From: a virus
Lineage: Duplodnaviria; Heunggongvirae; Uroviricota; Caudoviricetes
DNA: 11,883 nucleotides
IMG/VR virus record: IMGVR_UViG_3300048672_001143
Coordinates: 1-11,883 of that record
Strand: one strand, 5' to 3'
Position numbers and translations under genes: made by a program. Each line of letters begins with the position of its first letter. The stretch's first letter is position 1. Positions 6,776-11,883 of the stretch are shown in pieces. The notes beneath the pieces are model-generated. The model was given only the letters and a program-made list of their open reading frames with translations. It was not told the origin of the DNA and did not search any database.

Positions 6776-7633
6776 TCATCCATAGAATAGCGTGACCGTC
6801 ATATGCTCTAAAGTTATGTAATCCGAAGCGGTATTCAGGGTTAACTGCACGGTTATATTTTTATCTACCGTAGAGTCTTGCGTCCCTGTGACAGGGACCG
6901 TTGTTACTGGACCTGCATTTCCTGGAGAACCTGTAGCAAAGGCTATCTGCTTAGTTAAACTGTTATTGTTTCGCACTCTGTGCGTTTCTTCGATTGCGAC
7001 CGCGGTAGCTCCAGGTGCTGGATTTTTATACGAAAAAGTGCCATATAGAAATGACATTCTTTTAGTGCCTGCCGAAGCATTACACCAGCTCATGTGGTAG
7101 GTATCAAAGTACCCATTTTCGCTAAGTGATCCCCCTGGAAGCGTATAACTGACCGTTGGTATAGTAAAGGTACTTGTTTGCGTGGTCAGAGTACCACTGG
7201 CAGTTTGGCTGACTGCGCTTACACACGTAAACGTATTGGCATCTACCATTTGAAAATCATCATAGAGCCCTGCCGCAATAGCAGCTCCAGTTGTTACGGT
7301 AGCGCCCCCGATATAAACACGTTTCCCATTATGCACGGTGGCTGGAATATTGTGCGCCGTTGAGGTCACCGTAATTAGATTTCCTGTTTGTGAATACGTT
7401 GCCGCATTCGCCGCCGCCAGGGATGGTAGCACAATACCAAAATACTGGTTAAAAACTATCGTGGGGGCCGCAGTCCACCTAGACCCATCACTAGTAAACA
7501 ATACCGATCCAACTTGGCATTTCCAAGGTCTACCGCCGTAATAATCCGCTGGAGGGCGTTCAGCTATCGTAGCGAATACCGGATCTTTATCTAATAAGAC
7601 GGGTGTGCTGCCATAAGGTAATGTGTCTGCCAT
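6776..7633 (-). CDS. Putative virion fibre/receptor-binding protein 2 (285 aa) with shared N-terminal module
   Basis: First 41 aa are 40/41 identical to the 553-aa gene; the YSQTGNLITVTSTAH...V..DANTFT segment resembles the FCCH-like beta repeat of phage tail proteins; Thr/Ser-rich beta C-terminus; ends in TGA in frame with the next ORF. Confidence 0.7.
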   Translation of the reverse strand: MADTLPYGSTPVLLDKDPVFATIAERPPADYYGGRPWKCQVGSVLFTSDGSRWTAAPTIVFNQYFGIVLPSLAAANAATYSQTGNLITVTSTAHNIPATVHNGKRVYIGGATVTTGAAIAAGLYDDFQMVDANTFTCVSAVSQTASGTLTTQTSTFTIPTVSYTLPGGSLSENGYFDTYHMSWCNASAGTKRMSFLYGTFSYKNPAPGATAVAIEETHRVRNNNSLTKQIAFATGSPGNAGPVTTVPVTGTQDSTVDKNITVQLTLNTASDYITLEHMTVTLFYG

Positions 7634-7677
7634 AGTAGTTCTTTTATGCCTCTAAAAATAAGTATCGTCTATCTCGT
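7512..7677. repeat. 166-bp direct repeat, copy 1
   Basis: 161/166 identical to 9219-9384 (offset 1707); covers the intergenic region and codons 1-41. Confidence 0.97.
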
Positions 7678-7678
7678 A

Positions 7679-9340
7679 TTACGCTGGTTTCTGCCAAGGG
7701 AATTTCGCAAGAAGCCATTTTCTAGCCCGCATAAAAATATATTTCGGCGTTACTACTGAACGCCCCAAATAAGTAATATCGGCGGTTTCGAGCAGCTTGT
7801 AAGCTTGCGTGTAAGGTGCTGGCGTTACATATAAACCCGGTGCAGGTGCTGGCGCTTCGGTAACAAAATAATAAAGGTTTGTGTCAAGTGGGTTATAAAC
7901 CAATGACCTTACGGTCTCGCCTGTTTCAGGATGCCCCCATAGCTGGGTGTTCATATTAAACCCGTTAGGATTTCCCGATACCTGTGACATCATTAAATGT
8001 TTTCCGCGCTTATCTCCGCACCCATATACACCAGTAGGCGCTCCCTTTGCTGGGTTTAACTCGATAATATCAACAGGGTAGTTATAAGCGTATGGCGTGG
8101 CGTTATTTGTCCATCGCGCCCAAGTGTCAGTTGCAATTGCAGTGCAGCGCCATAGGCCAACATCAGCCCCATAACCATTATCACCGACAGAAGCCCACAG
8201 TTTTACTGTCTGGTCTGAAAAAAATGAATGTATGTGCCTAGCTCCTGTCATTTGCTTTGATAGCGTCCATGTTGGCGTTCCAGACAAGGGGCCGTATTTA
8301 AATATTCTAGGTGGGGCTGGGTCTGCTGGGTCTGTAGTTAGATCAGCAGCGGCGCTATACTCACCCCAAACTAAGTAATCTTGAAATAGGGCGATACCAT
8401 AAGGGCGCGTCGTTGCTAATGACCTTTTTAAGCCAGTCTGTATTGGGCATGTAATATCTGTCCAGGTTGCCGAAGATGTTAGGTCTGATGATCTATAAAT
8501 ACTTGTATCTGATCGCAACAAATAGAGCTGGTTATTATACTCAAGCAGGTCTGATATGACGTATACACTAAGTGCAGGAGCGGTCATTAAGTCGGTCCAA
8601 GTGTCGCCATCAGTCGATACGGTTATCTTTGAGTTGGATGCTCTCAAACCATAGGCTTTTGATGATGTGTAGCCGGACAGTGCTGCGCCCACTACTGATA
8701 TGCCGGTAAAATCGACCGGGGCGAAATTATAGGGTGTATCCAAGTTTACAGCATGTCCAACAAGTTTAGGATGGCTGCTTGTTGGAGTGATGCTTGTAAT
8801 CAAGGTATTCATAGGCATTATTGACGTTCTAAAGAACCCGCCATACCCCTGAACAAATGTCATTGTCGCCGTAGTGCCATTGCATGACACAGCATAATAA
8901 TATGTTCCTGGGTCTAAAGTCGTAGGAACATGGGAGAACTCAAATGGCCCAGCAATAGGAACTTCTCGCTGCTCAGTGGTCACAAGCATATTCATTGTGT
9001 TGTCAAAGATAGCTATTTCGATTAGCTTAGATGCTTGAGTTGTTCCTATATATCCAGAAACTCTGTTTAATGTGATTGTTTCGCTTACAACAAAAGGGGC
9101 CAATCTAATATCATTTATTACCGTATCTATCGGGCTTTCGCCTTTTGTCTCAATTGTAATTAGCCCAGAATTTAGCGCGCGCCATGCAATACCGTTACTG
9201 GTATACATCGTATTATCTACTTGGCATTTCCAAGGTCTACCGCCGTAATAATCCGCTGGAGGGCGTTCAGCTATCGTAGCGAATACCGGATCTTTGTCCA
9301 ATAAAGCGGGTGTGCTTCCATAAGGTAATGTGTCTGCCAT
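7679..9340 (-). CDS. Putative receptor-binding protein 1 (553 aa): shared N-module + beta-sandwich + BNR/Asp-box beta-propeller
   Basis: Asp-box-like motifs STDGDTWTDL and SSDLTSSATWTDI, plus GEY and RHIHSFFSD...LWASVGD motifs of BNR/sialidase-like propellers; middle domain TLDPGTYYYAV is beta-sandwich-like. Confidence 0.7.
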   Translation of the reverse strand: MADTLPYGSTPALLDKDPVFATIAERPPADYYGGRPWKCQVDNTMYTSNGIAWRALNSGLITIETKGESPIDTVINDIRLAPFVVSETITLNRVSGYIGTTQASKLIEIAIFDNTMNMLVTTEQREVPIAGPFEFSHVPTTLDPGTYYYAVSCNGTTATMTFVQGYGGFFRTSIMPMNTLITSITPTSSHPKLVGHAVNLDTPYNFAPVDFTGISVVGAALSGYTSSKAYGLRASNSKITVSTDGDTWTDLMTAPALSVYVISDLLEYNNQLYLLRSDTSIYRSSDLTSSATWTDITCPIQTGLKRSLATTRPYGIALFQDYLVWGEYSAAADLTTDPADPAPPRIFKYGPLSGTPTWTLSKQMTGARHIHSFFSDQTVKLWASVGDNGYGADVGLWRCTAIATDTWARWTNNATPYAYNYPVDIIELNPAKGAPTGVYGCGDKRGKHLMMSQVSGNPNGFNMNTQLWGHPETGETVRSLVYNPLDTNLYYFVTEAPAPAPGLYVTPAPYTQAYKLLETADITYLGRSVVTPKYIFMRARKWLLAKFPWQKPA

Positions 9341-9384
9341 AGTAGTTCTTTTATGCCTCTAAAAATAAGTATCGTCTATCTCGT
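9219..9384. repeat. 166-bp direct repeat, copy 2
   Basis: Partner of 7512-7677; the five mismatches correspond to copy-1 positions 7589, 7592, 7598, 7599 and 7610. Confidence 0.97.
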
Positions 9385-9385
9385 G

Positions 9386-9619
9386 TTATTCTTGATCATA
9401 CACGCCGCTCAAGAGATTAAATTTAAACTGTTCAATAAGAAAGAGTATCCGCGCTGGGTCACCCGTATGTGAAGCTATCCAGTCATCCCCGTTATGGCAT
9501 CGGCCTATTACGACAACTTGCTGAAGCTCGCCCATTGCGCCGGCTAAAACGTCATCCGGATCAATATCCAGATTTCGATTAACGGGAAAATGGATTATAT
9601 TATCTTTCATCGCTAGCAC
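9386..9619 (-). CDS. Small conserved phage protein (74-77 aa; ATG at 9610 is a plausible alternative start)
   Basis: NIIHFP...LDIDPDDVLAGA...VVVIG...WIAS...ILFLIEQFK pattern resembles a common phage hypothetical family; abuts or overlaps the adaptor TAG. Confidence 0.7.
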   Translation of the reverse strand: MLAMKDNIIHFPVNRNLDIDPDDVLAGAMGELQQVVVIGRCHNGDDWIASHTGDPARILFLIEQFKFNLLSGVYDQE

Positions 9620-10308
9620 ACAGTCATTTCAAAAGGGACGTCCGTCTGCCGCTCACGAATTACCACAGCAGGCAAACGTGGGCCAAACCGTTCTTCGAAC
9701 ATCGCGAATTCTTTTTCCGACTTTTTTTCGTTAAAAGTATCCGTATCTCGCTTTAAATACGCTAATGCGGTAATGCCATATATCAAATCTGGGTGCCATA
9801 TCTCATCTATCTCGGGAACATCTCCGTCGGATTCCAAAAGAACGGGCAACCGTCGTACGTCTAGATACGCGGTATCCGCTTTGTTCGGGGTGCCCATAAA
9901 AGTAATGGTTCTTACGAAAATCCCGGAGTCCTCTCCGGTTCCAGCCTGTGTTTGATCGAGTGCGTAAGCAAAAGGTGTGCCCGTAAAGTCCATTCGGGTG
10001 GAATAGTACTGCTGTTGCTGCCGAAAACTGACTTCTTTGAGAAGATTACTTGGTTGAGACGCTAAATAAACCGATTTAACGGCCAAAAAACCACTAGGAA
10101 GTGCATATTTTGACCTCCACGTCAGGTCTACGTTTTGTGTGAAAACTATTGGAATATCGTCTTGGACGACCAAATTGGCGCGTAAGCATGCATCTCGAAG
10201 GGTATCGTTGGTGTAGTCAAGAATTTCTTCATCCGACCACAGGTATTCGGGGTTTTTATCGTCTAGCCGAGATCTAACTCTGCGGCGTATGTCTGCGAGT
10301 GTTAGCAC
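9613..10308 (-). CDS. Head-tail adaptor/connector protein (231 aa)
   Basis: MLTLADIRRRVRSRLDD...YLWSDEEILDYTND...YALP...GTP..Y...PEIDEIWHPDLIYGITALAYLKRD: helical-bundle adaptor signature; lies downstream of the capsid genes; GAGG RBS before GTG. Confidence 0.8.
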   Translation of the reverse strand: MLTLADIRRRVRSRLDDKNPEYLWSDEEILDYTNDTLRDACLRANLVVQDDIPIVFTQNVDLTWRSKYALPSGFLAVKSVYLASQPSNLLKEVSFRQQQQYYSTRMDFTGTPFAYALDQTQAGTGEDSGIFVRTITFMGTPNKADTAYLDVRRLPVLLESDGDVPEIDEIWHPDLIYGITALAYLKRDTDTFNEKKSEKEFAMFEERFGPRLPAVVIRERQTDVPFEMTVC

Positions 10309-10327
10309 GGGGGCCTCTGTTAGATCT

Positions 10328-10365
10328 GGAAAAGAACCCGAAAGCCAGTCGCCTGGATCCGGGCC
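10328..10365 (-). terminator. Probable intrinsic terminator after the head-gene block
   Basis: Minus strand GGCCCGGA-U-CCAG-GCGA-CUGG-CU-UUCGGGUU-CUUUUCC: GC-rich stem with GNRA loop and U-rich tail, about 10 nt after the stop at 10375. Confidence 0.6.
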
Positions 10366-10374
10366 GTGTTATTC

Positions 10375-10653
10375 TTAGATGTTGTCCAAATCCGGAAGCG
10401 CCGGTTCTTCTGAAGCTACTTCTGGAGCTACTTCTGGAACTGGTTTGGCCTTAGCTGGTTTTTTAGCCGCTTCTGGAGCGGATTCCTCTGCTGGCGCTTC
10501 TTGTACCGCCAATACAAAATTACCATGCTCGTCCGTGGTAACCTCATCGCCGTCGGTATTAAACATGAACCCGTCTTGGTAAAAAAACGGTTCCATTGGG
10601 GCTACCAAACCCATAGCCGATTTATACGGCTTTTCTCTGTTAAATTTTGCCAC
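10375..10653 (-). CDS. Head-region hypothetical protein (92 aa) with Ala/Glu/Pro/Lys low-complexity tail
   Basis: GTG with GGGGA RBS, 1 nt after the upstream TAA; FYQDGFMFN motif then APAEESAPEAAKKPAK tail. Confidence 0.7.
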   Translation of the reverse strand: MAKFNREKPYKSAMGLVAPMEPFFYQDGFMFNTDGDEVTTDEHGNFVLAVQEAPAEESAPEAAKKPAKAKPVPEVAPEVASEEPALPDLDNI

Positions 10654-10654
10654 G

Positions 10655-10897
10655 TTAATTCCCCAGTCTGTTTTTTGATGCTACTTTTGTCATGTAGCGA
10701 GTTTCTTCCGTTTCGTAACGTTGGCCGTGGCCATAATCTGTGCTCATCGATGTGTCATACCACAGAGAGGATCCTGTCGGGCCTGAAGCGTTACCCTCGC
10801 AGATATATCCAGTTTGTAAAGGGTCGTCAGAAGACATTGTGGTATCTTCGTCTTCAAACGAACCGATGATCGCGTCTACCACAATGCTGCCGTTCAT
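10655..10897 (-). CDS. Head-region hypothetical protein (80 aa, acidic)
   Basis: Tiles between neighbours; TAAGG RBS overlapping the upstream stop; no recognisable family. Confidence 0.6.
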   Translation of the reverse strand: MNGSIVVDAIIGSFEDEDTTMSSDDPLQTGYICEGNASGPTGSSLWYDTSMSTDYGHGQRYETEETRYMTKVASKNRLGN

Positions 10898-10900
10898 GCC

Positions 10901-11152
10901 TTAATACCGGAATTTGAAGTTCTTGCCGTTTTCTGAACCGGCATCTTCATCCATGCTTTCCTGGCGGAAAACACTGTTATTGGTTTGCTGTTGGGTTTGA
11001 ACTGCGCCACGGGTCAGGTTTTCAACCATGCCCAGGCCTGATTCAACACCAGCTTTCAAACCGGATTTTGGAAAATTGCGCGTATCGCGCATGTCGTTTT
11101 CTTTATCAACGTCAAAATCATGCACGTTGTCTCTTCCTGCGTAACTGCCCAT
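10901..11152 (-). CDS. Head-region hypothetical protein (83 aa, hydrophilic)
   Basis: GGAG RBS before ATG; tiles with neighbours; no recognisable family. Confidence 0.7.
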   Translation of the reverse strand: MGSYAGRDNVHDFDVDKENDMRDTRNFPKSGLKAGVESGLGMVENLTRGAVQTQQQTNNSVFRQESMDEDAGSENGKNFKFRY

Positions 11153-11182
11153 AGCAATCTCCGAGTTTATGTGTTTGGTTTT

Positions 11183-11204
11183 GCGAAGCCGGTTAAAGCT
11201 TCGC
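11183..11204. repeat. Intergenic hairpin gcgaagc-N8-gcttcgc
   Basis: 7-bp perfect inverted repeat 11183-11189/11198-11204 just after the decoration-gene stop; followed by A's rather than U's on the minus strand. Confidence 0.75.
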
Positions 11205-11217
11205 GATTACAACTATT

Positions 11218-11670
11218 TTAGAACCAAGCCAGGGTTACGTCAACTGTTGCTGCACCGGCTGGTGTTCCAACAGGTGCCGTATACGTAATACTGACCGGTC
11301 CAAGCGCTTCGATTGCCGCTGGGTACGGCGCAGAGACTGCCGCTGGGTTGGCAGTGCCAGTAAGGTCCAAAGTGCCGACGATAGGGTTTGACCCTTTGCG
11401 GAACTGTGAGCCCCAACCTAATACAGTACCAGCCTGTGACGGAGACGCTGCTGTACCGAAGGTTAAAACACCAGCGGCTGATGGGTTGCTTGGTACGCCG
11501 ACAGCGATGTTAGCTGGAGTAGTGGTACCAACAAAGTTAGTAGTTACCGAAGCGTTAATATCGATCAATCGGCACTGGGTAGCGCCAGGAGGTACAGCTA
11601 CAGTCCACGCAGTAGTAGTGGTAGCTACCGAGCGAGTGTAAGTTTGAAATCTTGGGTTTGAGTATGCCAT
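11218..11670 (-). CDS. Probable capsid decoration/minor head protein (150 aa, beta-rich)
   Basis: Immediately downstream of the major capsid gene; GAGGA RBS; MAYSNP...P.G...LIDI...VTTNF..TTTPA.IAVG pattern; Thr/Ala/Gly/Val-rich. Decoration role is inferred from position and composition. Confidence 0.65.
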   Translation of the reverse strand: MAYSNPRFQTYTRSVATTTTAWTVAVPPGATQCRLIDINASVTTNFVGTTTPANIAVGVPSNPSAAGVLTFGTAASPSQAGTVLGWGSQFRKGSNPIVGTLDLTGTANPAAVSAPYPAAIEALGPVSITYTAPVGTPAGAATVDVTLAWF

Positions 11671-11702
11671 TGCATTTGTCCTCTGAAAAAATTCTGTTTA
11701 GT

Positions 11703-11726
11703 GTAACCCGTATTGCTACGGGCTAC
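11703..11726 (-). other. GNRA-capped hairpin after the capsid stop
   Basis: Minus strand GUAGCCCGUA-GCAA-UACGGGUUAC: 10-bp stem with one G-U pair; no immediate U-tract. Confidence 0.75.
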
Positions 11727-11744
11727 TCGGTTTCGCAGCCTTAC

Positions 11745-11882
11745 TTAGATAGATGAGTCCCATTTAACAACACGGGCATCCGCAGCGTTGGGATGGCTTA
11801 AACCGAAACCTTCCAAAGCGTACCATGCGATACCACGGCCACGGCCGTAGTCGTCAGGAATCTTACCGCGAATTTCTTCGGG
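11745..11882 (-). CDS. Major capsid protein, C-terminal 45 aa (N4-gp56-like family; partial, absent from the ORF track)
   Basis: Manual translation PEEIRGKIPDDYGRGRGIAWYALEGFGLSHPNAADARVVKWDSSI*, matching the EEIRxKIPxDYGRxxGIAWY..GFG...RxVKWDS ending of N4-gp56-type capsids. Confidence 0.85.
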   Translation of the reverse strand, partial: PEEIRGKIPDDYGRGRGIAWYALEGFGLSHPNAADARVVKWDSSI

Positions 11883-11883
11883 G

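Larger units (their letters stand above)
1..11883 (-). mobile_element. Tailed dsDNA phage/prophage late (structural + lysis) region
   Basis: Densely packed co-oriented minus-strand ORFs with overlapping or abutting stop/start codons; recognisable capsid, head-tail adaptor, endolysin and nested spanin genes; no host housekeeping genes. Prophage versus free phage cannot be decided from this window. Confidence 0.95.

Noticed and set aside
2726-6778. Genome-wide TGA reassignment (alternative genetic code)
   Set aside because: TGA ends several genes normally, including ATGA (3337-3340) and GTGA (4998-5001) stop/start overlaps, so any readthrough at 6776 would be local.
6750-6778. Selenocysteine insertion (SECIS) at the in-frame TGA
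   Set aside because: Only a weak GCGGG-UGAG-UCCGU stem follows. It does not look like a bacterial SECIS, and the position is an interdomain linker rather than a Cys-type catalytic site.
7643-7671. Sigma70 promoter TAGACG-N17-CATAAA inside the repeated intergenic region
   Set aside because: The spacing is right, but the -10 lacks both highly conserved T's; it is not supportable without transcript data.
7634-7681. Readthrough across the 45-nt in-frame spacers before RBP1 and RBP2
   Set aside because: The upstream stops are TAA and the spacer contains a second in-frame TAG (…TAT TTT TAG…).
7512-9384. Diversity-generating retroelement template/variable repeat pair
   Set aside because: On the coding strand the differences are C/A, T/C, C/T, A/G and T/C, so they are not adenine-specific. 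The repeat is at gene 5' ends rather than 3' ends, and no reverse transcriptase is present in the window.
1344-11641. Remaining plus-strand ORFs (e.g. 1344-1532, 1726-1908, 3153-3377, 3434-3640, 4004-4204, 4704-5024, 6144-6347, 6888-7541, 9773-9955, 10379-10869, 11348-11641)
   Set aside because: All overlap better-supported minus-strand genes in a uniformly minus-strand operon and show no recognisable motifs.

Overview
The window is a segment of a tailed dsDNA phage (or prophage) late region, with every credible gene on the minus strand, so it reads from right to left. The order is: major capsid C-terminus (N4-gp56-like), probable capsid decoration protein, three small head-region proteins, head-tail adaptor, a small conserved phage protein, a block of three putative receptor-binding/depolymerase ORFs, a Gram-negative-type lysis cassette, and a cluster of small virion/fibre proteins running off the left edge. 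The lysis cassette holds a holin-like gene, two tiny acidic ORFs, a GH46 chitosanase-fold endolysin, an i-spanin with an embedded o-spanin, and a membrane protein. The most unusual part is 5492-9388. Two tandem genes share a near-identical 166-bp repeat (whole upstream intergenic region plus the first 41 codons) fused to unrelated C-terminal domains. The TGA ending the second gene is in frame with the downstream beta-helix ORF, whose conserved N-terminal motif begins before its first ATG. Together these suggest a swappable receptor-binding cassette with possible stop-codon readthrough. All product calls are from motif recognition by eye; no searches were run.
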